Of a stretch of DNA of 64,000 nucleotides, positions 48,651 through 61,554 are shown piece by piece; position 1 is the stretch's first letter, and the number at the start of each line of letters is the position of its first letter. Source of the stretch: Azolla caroliniana (Eukaryota; Plantae; Polypodiophyta); assembly GCA_043228905.1 (NCBI GenBank), contig JBHGNT010000001.1:14136001-14200000 (forward strand), given 5' to 3'. The notes beneath the pieces are model-generated. The model worked only from the letters and a program-made list of their open reading frames with translations, searched no databases and was not told where the DNA came from. Made by a program: the position numbers and the translations under genes.

Positions 48651-51600
48651 TGTTAAGAGTCTATTACTAATCAATAGACCAAACTAAAGTAAAAGAAGGA
48701 AAATAGATTGGATAGAAGAACCCATTCCACCCGACCACCCCCGAGCTATAATCTATACATGGCCAACCTACCACCGACGTCCCATACCGCCGAATATTAG
48801 GATGACTAATACCTTGGAAGAGATAAACACGATCGTCGAGACGAAAGCCTAGCCCGCACCACCGGTGTCTAAGACAGCAGCCTTACGACATAATGTGCTT
48901 ATGAGGGTAGCTAAGCCTCATATTTATACCTTTTCCTAGGCTCCTTGAATAGATGTGCCTTTCTAAAAGGGTCTCCATTCAATCGTTGCCCAAATCATGA
49001 TAGTGCATGCACCTATCATTCCTTCTATCCAATCACATTAGCCCCTTTTTAACATTAGTGAACATACCCTTCACTAATGTAAATATTAGTGACCTACTCT
49101 CACCAACGTTATGTGTACATAACATACTCCCTTACTTTAAAAGATTGTACTCTTGCAATATGAACTGAGGAAAGTGTGCCTTAAGAGTATGCTCGCGTTC
49201 CCATGTGGCATCATCAATAGGTTTATCCATCCATTTGATCTTGAATAGCTGAATCTCTTTAGAATGTAAACGTTTAGTACGAGAATCAAGAATTCGTTCA
49301 GGAACATGTGGTTTGTAAGAAAAATCCTCTAATGTTACAAAACCTTGGATTGTGATGGTGTTATCACCAGAGCCTAAAAATGGTTTTAGATGACTAACAT
49401 GAAAAACAGGATGAATACAAACGTTATGGGGTAAGGGAAGGTGATAAGCAGATGACCCAATTCGGTTAAGGATTTCAAATGGGCCACAATATCGTGGGGC
49501 TAACTTAATGCACTTGCCCGTAGACAATGGTGTAGAGTTAGTCGAGACACGCAAAAAAACTTTTTGACCAATAGTAAATGCATGAGGATGTATGTCCTGA
49601 TCAGCATAAAATTGAGCACGATCTTGAGCTGTCTTCGCATTTTCTTTGGCAATATGCAACATTTGGTTCATGTCTTGCAAAAAATTGCGTGTATTGTCTA
49701 ATATATCAAGATGAATCGTGACATCGACTAGGACACGTGGCTAAAAACCATACATCAACATAAAAGGACTATATCCAGTGGATGTATGTTTAGAGCTATT
49801 ATAGGCCAATTCTAAGATAGGAAGGTTTTGCTCCCACTTAGAAGGGGTTTTGCTACATAAGCTCAAAGCATGTCCTCAATAATTTCATTAACTCGTTCAG
49901 TTTGTCCATCAGATTGAGCATGATCTGCGGAACTCATGCTCAACGTAGTTTCTAGTTTCTTAAAGACTTGAGTCCAAAAGTCACTAGTAAACATGGAATC
50001 TCAATCACTAACAATATCCATCAGTAATCCATAGAAATGAAATAACTCATCAACAAATTGATAAGCGAATTGTTGAGAGGTTACTATGGTTTTGGTAGGA
50101 ATAAATCTAGCCAATTTTGTTAGTCTGTCAACGACAACCCAAATGGCATCATGACCCCTCTGTGTACGAGGAAAACTAACAATAAAATCCATCAAGATAC
50201 TTTCCCATTTGTTGTTGAGAATATCTAAGGGATGTAAAAGACCAACCACTTTAAGTCGTTCTGACTTACTAAGCTGACATTGTAAGCATTGTGTTACGTA
50301 TTTATGCACATCAGAGCACATCTTAGGATAGAAAAAAGTACTCAAGATGAGAACGAGCGTGCATTGTATTCCAGGATGACCCGCAGATGGTGCATCATGC
50401 CATTCATGAAGAATTTTTTGTTCTATGTTTGTTAAATCTGGAACACAGACCTTTCCACTATAGTAGACCAAACCGTTTGTAATGTGAAAGCGCCTTCGAG
50501 TCCAGTATTTTGAGAAATAATTGTCATCAAGTTATTTCCCTCGAAGGTAATCTAAAAGATCAAATTATTTTTCCGTGAAGCTAAGGATGTTAACTTCTTT
50601 AATGTGACTAAGAGCATCTACAACGGTGTTCATAGAACCCTTGCGATACCGTATGGAAAAATCAATATCTTGCATAAGGTCAACGCAACGGCCTTTACGA
50701 CTAACAAGATTTGGCTTACGATTTGTTTGTCCAGTTGTTCATTCCATGCAATCGGTTTGACAGACTTACGTGGATGACCTTTTAAAAGGTCAATTAATGG
50801 CGTAGTCAATTTGGAATAGTTACGAATTGATTTTCGTAAAAATCCAACAAACCCTAAGAATGATCGTAGTTCACGACTATTACGAGGAATGGGCCAAAGT
50901 TTAACCTTTTCAATACAAGAAGGTTCAATTTCAACGCCATATTCTGTAATTAAATGACCTAGGTACACAATAGATTTTTGGAAAAAATCACATTTTGAAT
51001 GTTTTGCATAGAAAGAGTTGTCACACAAATTTTACAAAACAAATTGAACATGTTGAACGTGACCTTGCAAGGTACGGATATATATCAAAATATCATCCAA
51101 GAAGACGATAACAAAATCACCCAGTTGATCTTGGAAAATGTCATTCATCGTTTGTTGGAATGTGGCTAGAGTATTAGTCCACTTGAAATGCATGACTAAA
51201 AACTCATAAAGGCCATAGCGCGTACGAAAAACGGTTTTAGGAATATCCTTCTCGGCAATGCGAATCTGATGATAACCTATTTGTAAGTCAATTTTCGTAA
51301 AATATCGGGCCCCATGCAAACGATCAATCAAATCATCAGCATGAGGAAACGGATATGCCTTTTTAATTGCATTTTATTGAAACGGCGATAATTGATACAC
51401 ATTTGCCATGAACCTTCCTTCTTCTTAACTAATAGAATTGGCGCACCCCAAGGTGATTTACTATACCTAATGTGGCCCATACTCAAGTATTCCTTAAGTT
51501 GTTTAGCAATCTCATCCTCTTCTAATCGACTAAGGTGGAATGCTCACAGGAGCAGCACCGGGGATGGTCCACATTACGTTTTGTTGTTAAACTAAGCGCC

Positions 51601-54113
51601 AATTCGTTAGGAAACACGTCTTGAAAATCGTCTAAAATAGAGTCGAGTAATCGTTGTTCATAATGTGGTAATTGTGTGGCGTCATATTAAAATAATAAAA
51701 TTGAAGCACAGGGTCAATTACACACGAATAAATTAATGAACTAGAATACTCACTTAAAGATTTAGACGACACAAGTGAACGAGAAGGAAGTTTGGATCAT
51801 TGAATAAAATGTTTACCATTATTAAGTTCAAATGTGATCGAGTGATTAACCCAATCAATGGACAAAGAAGGGTTTTTATTAAAAAAACAAGGGTATCCTA
51901 AAATGACATCCGCGGATTGGAGTTTCATAACATGAAAGTCTAGCTTCTCCAAATAGGTATCTATTTGAATTGACAATTGACAAACAATGCCACTGATGTA
52001 TTGAACGCTTCCATTTACCATGTGAACTTGATAGATATGATCACTTGCGTTTATGTGGAGTTCCATTTGCTACACAAAGTGATCATTAAGAAAATTGTGA
52101 GAACTACCGGAATCAAACAAGAAATGTGCTTGTGTTCCATTGATATACCCGACTACTCGGAGTAAATCATTAGGTCCAAGTAAATGTGAAGGAAAAGTGC
52201 ATTCATATGAACTTAAGTGGTTGGTACGAACTTCAACAACATTAAAAGACTCACTTGTGTGACTCGTAGATTTGTCTTCAGGAGGGGTGTTCATTGACTT
52301 CCTCTCAAGACAACGACAGGTAGCCTTTGTGTGGTCCCGCTTCTTGCAATATGCACAAAAGATGTTCGGTTTCTTGGAGTCGCGGTCAAGAGTGTCACTG
52401 GATTGCTTACGTTTCCTAATGAACTTGACATTCAGAGTTTTGGCGAACTCAAGTTTATTGTGGTTTTTCTTGGAAGTCCTATGGTACCGAAGTACAATGT
52501 TGATGGCTTCCTCGAAAGTTGTGGGGTCCTTGTCATGGACAATCCAATGGTAATCCCCCTTAGGAATACCATGCAAAAAGCAAGCAACAAACCATTTCTC
52601 ACTCATAAGTCCCGATTTTTGGATCGGGGTCCGAGCATGATGCACATAATCCTCGAGAGAGGTATATGGCTTACTCGACAACGTGAGCAAGTGTTGCGCT
52701 TCTTTAGTTTGAGAAGGTGGCTGCAAAAACTGTTTCTTAAAAACATCAACGAAACCTTCCCAAGTTGTGGGTAAGTTCTTTGCAGTCCTTAGGCCGCGCC
52801 ACCAAGCAGCAGCTCAACCACCTAACTCACGACTGACATAACCAATTTTTACAACATCGGGTTTGGGGTGGAGCTCAAAGTGAGACTCCCAACGACCAAG
52901 CCAAGTGGTAATGCCCTCCTCGGTTCTTTCTTTCTTATCTCCCTTGAATGGCGTTACTACGAAAGAAGGTTCACCTTCTTTCTTGGACTCAATAGTCAAT
53001 TCTTGGAATTTCTTTTCCAATGCCATATTGGCTTGCCTCATTTCTTCCAATTGATTCAAGGTAGTAGTGAGCAATTCCTCAATAGTGATATCAACTTATG
53101 TGCGAGATGCGGATTGGAGTTGAGAGGTCTCTGTCGGAGAGATCGCTCCAACAACGTTCAAAACTTGTTCAATGATGCAAGTTGTGGGTATGCAATATAA
53201 ATAAGGAGGTTCAGAAAATACACAACAAAAATGAATGCTTGAAATTTTAATTGTAAGAATTTTACCAAGAAAGCATCTCACGTCTTTACTCCTCTAGACA
53301 TATGAGATGTGATTCGAGATCCGATAACTATGGTAAAACTATGGTGTTTTAAAAATCATGGGGGAAATCATAGCTAAGATGTCTTTCTCGGAACTCTATC
53401 TTGAATAATCGTGGCGGCTCCCCGAGGCTCAACCATGGTTCTAACATCAATGTAGTTTCCTAGTTAGCCTTATATTAGAATGCCAACCCAACATGTATTG
53501 ATATGTTCGAGAAAGTGTATTATGTAAAAAAACAAGTGCACTCACAAGTAATATTCTAGTCTTGCAAGTAGAAAGCAAATGTTATGAAAGAAAGAGAAAA
53601 AGAAGTCACTATCTATAAGAGTCAAGAAGTGACGAAAACAAGGTGAAAAAACCATGCGTTGCCTACTAAAAAAAAATACCACCAATAAATGGATGGTGCG
53701 AGGTATGCACATATCCATCCCTATATGGAGATTGTAATGTGCACAATTGTGACATAAGCCACAAGTTGATACAAATGGTGGTGGTGTTGTGTGCAAAGAT
53801 GTAGTACTCAAATTTATGAGTAAAACATCGATAGGGGAACTCATGTGGTTTTACTCAAGTTCTAAGGCTCGATAATATGAATTAAACCTAGATGAGCCGT
53901 TGGAAAAAATCGTTCAAAAAACGGCATGATGCCCACTCAATACGAAAAAATAGTCTACACGGAAGTGTTACATCATAGGTGAACGCAAATAAATACTTTA
54001 AACATGACACGGGAAAAATGAGAGTTAATTGTGGGTGGGTAAATGACAGTTACTAGAAAATCATACAAAAGTGAAACGAAAATTTGTGTAATTAGAAATT
54101 AATAAGAATAATA

Positions 54114-54944
54114 TGACAGGAATACACGCTCCCTAAGCACAACACTCGGCCACAACCAAGTCTAGGATCAAACACAGAAAACGGGTAAGGAACGCACGAC
54201 ACAGTGAAGAGAAGAGTACACATGATGTTAACGTGGAAAACCCAAACTAGGGAAAAACCACGGTAGCCCATAGACTGCAAACTATCACTATATCACAATG
54301 TACAATAGTAAACAACCAAGGCAACGACCTCGAGCTTGCTATTTTCGCCACAGGCGGCAGTTACAATAGAGGCAACGACCTCTTCCTCTCTCTCTGTACA
54401 CAGTTACGCACTCAAATCTTGCACCAACAAGAATGACAACAACAACACACTAAGTTTGCCCTAAGTCATATTTATACTAATATGACTTTTCGGCTATTTA
54501 CAAATATAGCCCCGATGGACTCTCAGAAAACATATTTACGAATATGTCCCTTCATCTGGTGAGCACTTCTCACTGGGCCTTCGCCATCCGGCTCTTGCCG
54601 GGTACTCGTCATCCGGTTCTCATCAGGTCTTCCGTTGTCGGGTACTCCACATCCGGTTCTCATCGGGTCTTCCGTTGTCGGGTACTCGTCATCCGGTTCT
54701 CACCGGGTCTTCCGTTGATGGGTACTCCACATCCGGTTCTCACAGGGTCTTCCGTTGCCGGGTACTCCACATCCGGTTCTCACCGGGTCTTCCGTTGCCG
54801 GGTACTCGTCATCCGGTTCTCACCGAGTCTTCCGTTGCCGAGTACTCCACATCCGGTTTCGGCCAAGGCCTATCGGCCTCGGCCGAGTTTGCTCATCAAC
54901 ACTGTTCTTCTCACTTCCCACTCGGAGGGACCTATTTCCTAACA
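54114..54944 (-). mobile_element. Solo LTR of Copia-B
   Basis: TG...CA ends, flanks TAATA/TAATG (TSD, one mismatch), no PBS or PPT. Confidence 0.92.
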
Positions 54945-55892
54945 TAATGATCAATTAGGTGTACGGAACATTAAGCATACCTTAAGGTAAGAAACCTTAG
55001 GGTAATTGACATGCACCTCCTCAAGACCACCAAATCCCATAGAATCGGCTAAGTGATAGCTCAATAGAGAGTAGAGTGGCATAGGCAGGCAACATACATC
55101 TCGCTAAGACCACAAGATCCCATAGAATCGGCCAAGTGATGGCTCAATAAAGGGAAGGGTGTCATACTCAACAACATATGCAAAAGGTGTTAGATATAAT
55201 CAATGATCAGCCCCAAGTTGTAAATCTATCCCCATATGTGCTCTTAGAGTGCACATTTTGTGATAGCGCCCCAAATGAGGAGCGGCTAGTGTGCAACTCG
55301 ACCATATGGGTCGATAAGGTGTTAATCTAGGAAACCGTAGATGCGTAGGACACAATATATTTAGGAAAGAGAGAAATAGATAAAAGGATTGTCTAATCAA
55401 GTCAGCTAGAATATTTTGTGGGCAAGTTACGATGTACTTAGTCTTGAAGTATGCGTCATTGACTTCAAGATAAGTATTATCTAGCACTAGCCTGTACCTA
55501 GGGAGTTGGGTCATATTAAATGACAAGTCAGTTGACAGAAAAGGAATATCTCCACTACTGTCAACTGACTTGCACATTTATACTAAGACCAAACATAGAT
55601 TATAAGTCACTTTTCTCACACAGTGGTCAGATTGATCATTAGTCCCCACTAATTTTGTAGTGAGCCGGTCCATATCCTATCTAAGCTCTAAGGTGTGAGC
55701 GCATGGGAAAACTACCATTTTGAACTACTCTCATATGTAATAGAAATTCTGTTTTCATATATCCATCTCTGCAGTTGTAACTCTATATACCTATCTACTC
55801 GATTCTCAATATTTCTAAGATGGTATCAGAGCGAAGAGGTTGATCTAGATTAGGTATATACGGGTAGTTGTTGTCTAGCAACAGAGAGAAAT

Positions 55893-55924
<32 letters not shown>

Positions 55925-55929
55925 TATCA

Positions 55930-56811
55930 ATGGCCTTGTCCACGAATGTTGCAGTTGCTCCATTGCGCATTCGCCCACCTCCATTGTCTGATGGAAAGCT
56001 AGATGGAACCAACTACACTCTATGGAAGTTCAAAATGTCTGCCATTTTGGATTCCTACGAGTTGTTGGAAACAATCATGGGACCCACAGGGGGAGACCCT
56101 GAGCCCATGGCAACCTTTGACCCTGCACACCCTACCACATCAATTCCTCCAAATGCTGATCTACTTCGAGCCTGGAAGAGAAGGAATGCTGATGCGCTAT
56201 GTACCATAGTCACTGGTGTATGTGACTCCGTACTAACAGTAGTGCAACATACAACTAGGGCACATGAAGCTTGGAGCATATTGGCCAGCCAGTATGAGAC
56301 CAGAAACTATACAAGGATACAAAACCTCGAAAATCAGCTTGCTGCAGAGAAGCTCGCTGATGGAGAGAAAGTAGAATCCTTTGTAAAAAGGATTAAGGAT
56401 CTTCAAGATCAGCTGGCGGCTGTTGGAGTAGTCGTCTCTCAAGAGGATATGGCTCGTCGGTGCATTCGAGTACTTCCTTTCAAGTATGATGGCATTGTGA
56501 CAGCATTGAACACTCAGGTTCGACCCACTCCTTTAAAATTTGATGAACTAAGTGCAATGCTGCTTGAAGAGGAGCTTCGGCTGAAGACAAGAGAAGAAAG
56601 GGAAGATTCAACATTTGTCTCTAGGACTAAGGGTGAAGGGGCATCCAATTCAAACAATGCGAATAGGATACCGAAGAAGAAGAAGTTCAATGGATCGTGT
56701 TTCTACTGTGACAAGAAGGGTCACACAATCAAGGATTGTCGAAAGAAGATGGCGGATGAGAAGATAATAAGACTTCTTGGAGAGAGCCCGAGTCCGCTAA
56801 CAATGTCGTAG
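55930..56811 (+). CDS. gag: Copia-C Gag
   Basis: [28 protein letters not shown]. Confidence 0.93.
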   Translation: MALSTNVAVAPLRIRPPPLSDGKLDGTNYTLWKFKMSAILDSYELLETIMGPTGGDPEPMATFDPAHPTTSIPPNADLLRAWKRRNADALCTIVTGVCDSVLTVVQHTTRAHEAWSILASQYETRNYTRIQNLENQLAAEKLADGEKVESFVKRIKDLQDQLAAVGVVVSQEDMARRCIRVLPFKYDGIVTALNTQVRPTPLKFDELSAMLLEEELRLKTREEREDSTFVSRTKGEGASNSNNANRIPKKKKFNGSCFYCDKKGHTIKDCRKKMADEKIIRLLGESPSPLTMS

Positions 56812-56843
56812 ATGAACTTGAGTTATGGGTCGCAACTGAAGAA

Positions 56844-59800
56844 GTGTGTTCTTCAGTTGACACTCAAGTTGTTGATGAGTCTTGGATTCTCGATAGTGGA
56901 GCATCCCGACATATGACCAGTAATCGTGACTGGTACAGTTCTTGGACACCTCTACAAGAGCCCATCAATGTTGTGGTCGGGAACAATGCTCGATGTCCGG
57001 CCAAAGGAACCGGAACCGTCTCCCTCAAAGCAACGACCGGTGGGACAAAGCATCTCTCTCAAGTGTTGTACGTGCCAGATCTGAAGAAGAATCTACTGTC
57101 CATTTCTGCACTGACTGACAAGGGTCTTGATGTTCGATTCAAGAAGTCGGGTGCAGAAATAACAGATTCTGCTGGCAAGGTTGTAGGAATAGGGGTGAGG
57201 CGCAACAATCTCTATGAGCTGAGCGCGTTTACCATTTCTACTGACCACAGCACAAGTACCAACACAAAGCAATGGCATGAGAGATTTGGGCATCTCAACG
57301 TTGCTGTGTTGAAGGAGATGAAGAAATCGAATATGGTAGTTGGGTTGCCAACCCTATCTGACTTAAGTCATGTTTGTGATGCTTGTATGATGGGCAAGCA
57401 TCAAAGATCAGCCATTCCAAAAGAGAGTCAAAATCGGGCAAAGACTCCTCTACAGCTAATACACATTGACCTCTCTGGAAAAATGGTGACTCCTGCAATG
57501 GGTGGATCTCTCTACTATATGCTAATAGTCGACGACTTCAGCAGAAAGATGTGGGTTTACTTCCTTCGGGAGAAGGCTGAAGCTTTTAAAATCTTCAAAA
57601 GATGGCATAAGTTTGTCGAGCGAGAGTCTGGAAAGTTAGTGAAGGAGCTACGCTCTGATCGAGGTGGAGAATTCTTATCAATAGAATTCTGTGAGTATTG
57701 CAAAGAGCATGGAATTAAGCGCCAACTTACAACTGCCTACACCCCACAACAAAATGGCGTTGTCGAACGTCGAAATCGAACAGTTGTCGAGATGGCTAGG
57801 TGTATGTTGAAGGCACAAGCGCTGCCCGACCCATTCTGGGCTGAAGCAGTGAACACAGCAGTTTACATCCTCAATCGGAGCTACACGAAGGCACTTCAAG
57901 GGAAAACACCCCAAGAAGCTTATTCAGGCAAGAAACCTTCAGTGCTGCACTTCAGAACCTTTGGGTGTATGTGCTACGCACATATTCCAGATGTGAGCAG
58001 AAAGAAGTTGGATGCTAAAAGCAAAAAGTGTATCTTTCTCGGATATAGTGAAGAGTCAAAGGCCTATCGACTCTACGATCCAGAGGCAAGAAAGATATTG
58101 ACAAGCCGCGATGTGGTGTTCGATGAGGAACAACCACAGCTAGCTGAGAACAACGATTCTCAAGTTATCTCATCAACTGAAGAAGTATTTTACCCAATCC
58201 CGACCCATTATCCAAAAAAGGAAGCTGAACCATCTGATGGTAATGGTTCACTAGTTCAGCCTATGCCAGTCCCACATGTAAAGAAAATACCTAAGTGGGC
58301 TCAACAACTCTTCAATGATCATACTCCTAAAGTTGAGTTTCCTGAAACTTCAACTGATGGATTACGAAGATCAAGAAGAATACAGGAGCAAGGAAGAACC
58401 TCTGACCACATTGTCAACATGGCTCTGATGGTGGACATCATAGGCTCAGTGAGTGAGCCGACCTCGGTGGAGGAAGCTATGGCCGACCCGAAGTGGAAAG
58501 AGGCGATGATATCAGAATATGATAGCATCATGAAAAATGACACATGGGAGTTGGTAGAGAGGCCAACAAAGAAGAAGGTGATAGGCACGAAGTGGGTATG
58601 GAAAGTAAAGTATAAAGCTGATGGCTCTTTGGAGAAATTCAAGGCCAGGCTAGTAGCGCAAGGATACTCCCAAATTGAAGGGTTCGATGTACAAGAAACA
58701 TTTGCCCCGACAGCTCGCATGACAACAATTCGAATGGTCATAGCGTTGGCTGCTTCAAGAGGATGGCCGATTTATCAAATGGATGTCAAATCAGCATTTC
58801 TGAATGGGCATCTCAAGGAGGAGGTATATGTGACACAACCACTGGGGTTTGAGATACCGAATTCAGAAAACAAAGTTTGCAAGCTGAAGAAGGCACTATA
58901 TGGTCTAAAGCAAGCACCAAGAGCTTGGAACAAGAGGATAGACAGCTTCTTACGATCAATCGACTTTAAGCAATGTGCTTCGGATGCAAGTATGTATGTC
59001 AAAATGAAGGACGGGAAACAAGTCATCATTATCATTTACGTGGATGATCTAGTACTTACTGGTGACCATGAAGAGTGCATTGGCCAAACACAAGAGTGTT
59101 TGAAAACTGAGTTTGAAATGACAGACTTGGGGATTCTACACTACTTCCTTGGAATTGAGGTTTGGCAAACCTCGGTCGGCATCTTCATGTCACAAAGAAA
59201 GTATGCAACAGAGATCTTGAAGACCTTCGGGATGATGGACAGCAAGTCGAAGTCGACTCCAATGGAGTCAAACTGCAAGCTATCCCAAGAAGACTCATCA
59301 CCAATGGTTGACATAAGGAAGTATAGACAACTAGTAGGAAGTCTAATTTTCCTATGCAACACTAGGCCGGATATTTGTTTTGCAGTCAATATGGTGAGTC
59401 GATTCAGCAACAAGCCGAAGGAGACTCATTGGAAAGCTGCTCTACGTGTATTAAAGTACATTGTGGGTACTTTAAATTATGGAATCTTCTACAAGCCAAC
59501 AATTGACCAACTTAGTGGATATTGCGACTCCGATTGGGCTGGAGATAGTGATTCCAGAAAATCAGTTTCTGGATATTGTTTTTCAATAGGATCTGGAGCT
59601 GTTTCATGGAGTAGTAAAAAACAACCAACAGTGGCACTATCTTCAACGGAGGCAGAATACAAAGCAGCATGCATAGCGGCATGCGAGGTAGTTTGGCTAA
59701 GAAGAATCCTTATGGATGTGGCAGTCCCAATAAGGACGGCAACGGTATTGAGGTGTGACAATCAGAGTTGCATGGCCATTGCCAAGAACCCCGTATTTCA

Positions 59801-60017
59801 TGCACGTACTAAACACATAGAGATTCAGTATCACTATCTGCGGGAGCTAATAAATGATGAGATTGTGGAGCTTGAGTACTGTCCAACATCAGAAAATGCT
59901 GCAGATATCTTCACAAAGGCGCTTGGAGCAGAACAGTTGCAACAACACCTTCGACGACTAGGTGTTGGCCCAATTCCAAGTGAACTCAATGGGTTGATCA
60001 TTGAGGGGGCGTGTTAG
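56844..60017 (+). CDS. pol: Copia-C Pol (PR, IN, RT, RNase H), uninterrupted 1057 aa
   Basis: [18 protein letters not shown]...VDDFSR...RSDRGGEF...[45 protein letters not shown]. Confidence 0.96.
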   Translation: MCSSVDTQVVDESWILDSGASRHMTSNRDWYSSWTPLQEPINVVVGNNARCPAKGTGTVSLKATTGGTKHLSQVLYVPDLKKNLLSISALTDKGLDVRFKKSGAEITDSAGKVVGIGVRRNNLYELSAFTISTDHSTSTNTKQWHERFGHLNVAVLKEMKKSNMVVGLPTLSDLSHVCDACMMGKHQRSAIPKESQNRAKTPLQLIHIDLSGKMVTPAMGGSLYYMLIVDDFSRKMWVYFLREKAEAFKIFKRWHKFVERESGKLVKELRSDRGGEFLSIEFCEYCKEHGIKRQLTTAYTPQQNGVVERRNRTVVEMARCMLKAQALPDPFWAEAVNTAVYILNRSYTKALQGKTPQEAYSGKKPSVLHFRTFGCMCYAHIPDVSRKKLDAKSKKCIFLGYSEESKAYRLYDPEARKILTSRDVVFDEEQPQLAENNDSQVISSTEEVFYPIPTHYPKKEAEPSDGNGSLVQPMPVPHVKKIPKWAQQLFNDHTPKVEFPETSTDGLRRSRRIQEQGRTSDHIVNMALMVDIIGSVSEPTSVEEAMADPKWKEAMISEYDSIMKNDTWELVERPTKKKVIGTKWVWKVKYKADGSLEKFKARLVAQGYSQIEGFDVQETFAPTARMTTIRMVIALAASRGWPIYQMDVKSAFLNGHLKEEVYVTQPLGFEIPNSENKVCKLKKALYGLKQAPRAWNKRIDSFLRSIDFKQCASDASMYVKMKDGKQVIIIIYVDDLVLTGDHEECIGQTQECLKTEFEMTDLGILHYFLGIEVWQTSVGIFMSQRKYATEILKTFGMMDSKSKSTPMESNCKLSQEDSSPMVDIRKYRQLVGSLIFLCNTRPDICFAVNMVSRFSNKPKETHWKAALRVLKYIVGTLNYGIFYKPTIDQLSGYCDSDWAGDSDSRKSVSGYCFSIGSGAVSWSSKKQPTVALSSTEAEYKAACIAACEVVWLRRILMDVAVPIRTATVLRCDNQSCMAIAKNPVFHARTKHIEIQYHYLRELINDEIVELEYCPTSENAADIFTKALGAEQLQQHLRRLGVGPIPSELNGLIIEGAC

Positions 60018-61554
60018 ATATAATCAATGATCAGCCCCAAGTTGTAAATCTATCCCCATATGTGCTCTTAGAGTGCACATTTTGTGATAGCGCCCCAAAT
60101 GAGGAGCGGCTAGTGTGCAACTCGACCATATGGGTCGATAAGGTGTTAATCTAGGAAACCGTAGATGCGTAGGACACAATATATTTAGGAAAGAGAGAAA
60201 TAGATAAAAGGATTGTCTAATCAAGTCAGCTAGAATATTTTGTGGGCAAGTTACGATGTACTTAGTCTTGAAGTATGCGTCATTGACTTCAAGATAAGTA
60301 TTATCTAGCACTAGCCTGTACCTAGGGAGTTGGGTCATATTAAATGACAAGTCAGTTGACAGAAAAGGAATATCTCCACTACTGTCAACTGACTTGCACA
60401 TTTATACTAAGACCAAACATAGATTATAAGTCACTTTTCTCACACAGTGGTCAGATTGATCATTAGTCCCCACTAATTTTGTAGTGAGCCGGTCCATATC
60501 CTATCTAAGCTCTAAGGTGTGAGCGCATGGGAAAACTACCATTTTGAACTACTCTCATATGTAATAGAAATTCTGTTTTCATATATCCATCTCTGCAGTT
60601 ATAACTCTATATACCTATCTACTCGATTCTCAATATTTCTAATAAAAGGTTCATGAGGTATGAGGTGAGTGTGTGCGATTAGGGCAAACACGCTCGACCA
60701 GATGCACAAGAATAATTATTACCGTAAGAGATGGCTCACGAGAAGGGAGAGTGGGAGATACATCACAATATGCAAAAGGGCCATGAGTTGAGCGTGTGTG
60801 ATTAGTGCAAACACGCTCAGCCCAATGCAAAATAATAATTAAAATCATAGCATGGTAGAAAGTAGAAAGAAAGAAAATAAAACGTAATACAAATTTAATT
60901 CGACCAAGAAAAACGCATCATAGAAAAGGAGAGAGAGATCGATAAAGAAGAATACCGGGTTAAGAATGTTGTTTTGATCTTGTGAAGAGCATGACGAGCC
61001 TTGTTAGATTCCCATTGCTCACTCGCAAAAAACATCAAAGCAACAACAAAAAAAATTCTTAGTAAATGCTCTAATACCATTGTTAAGAGTCTATTACTAA
61101 TCAATAGACCAAAGTAAAGTAAAAGAAGGAAAATAGATTGGATAGAAAAACTCGTTCCACCCGACCACCCCCAAGCTATGATCTAGACATAGCCAACCTA
61201 CCACTGACATCCCATACCGCCGGATATTAGGATGACTAATACCTTGGAAGAGATAATCATGATCGTCGAGACAAAAGCCTAGCCTGCACCACCGGTGTCT
61301 AAGACAGTAGCCTTCCGACGTAATGAGCTTATGAGGGTAGTTAAGCCTCATATTTATACCTTTTCCCACACCCCTTGAATAGATGTGCCTTTCTAAAAGG
61401 GTCTCCATTCAATGGTTGCCCAAATCATGATAGTGCATGCACCTATCATTCCTTCTATCCAATCACATTAGCCCCTTTTTAACATTACTGAACATACCCT
61501 TTAGTAATGTAAATATTAGTGACCTACCCTCACCAACATTATGTGTACATAACA

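Larger units (their letters stand above)
55188..60644 (+). mobile_element. Young full-length Copia-C, 633-bp LTRs, TSD AAAGG
   Basis: LTRs 55188-55820 and 60012-60644 nearly identical; PBS 55821-55832; PPT TGAGGGGGCG. Confidence 0.97.
48651..61554 (-). mobile_element. Full-length degenerate chromovirus with two nested insertions in its leader
   Basis: LTRs 48651-49124 and 61081-61554 (474 bp), PBS 61079-61068, gag ~53090-52070 with CAYCKKRDH and LFDSGSSHNF, RT FLDDIL, IN, chromodomain ~49300-49132; flanks GAATC/AAATT may be a decayed TSD. Confidence 0.92.

Noticed and set aside
54560-54860. CRISPR-like regular repeats
   Set aside because: Intervening sequence is also repeated; this is the Copia-B U3 array
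55200-55577. 125-aa antisense ORF in Copia-C LTRs (identical at 60024-60401)
   Set aside because: Identity reflects young LTRs; no recognisable domain
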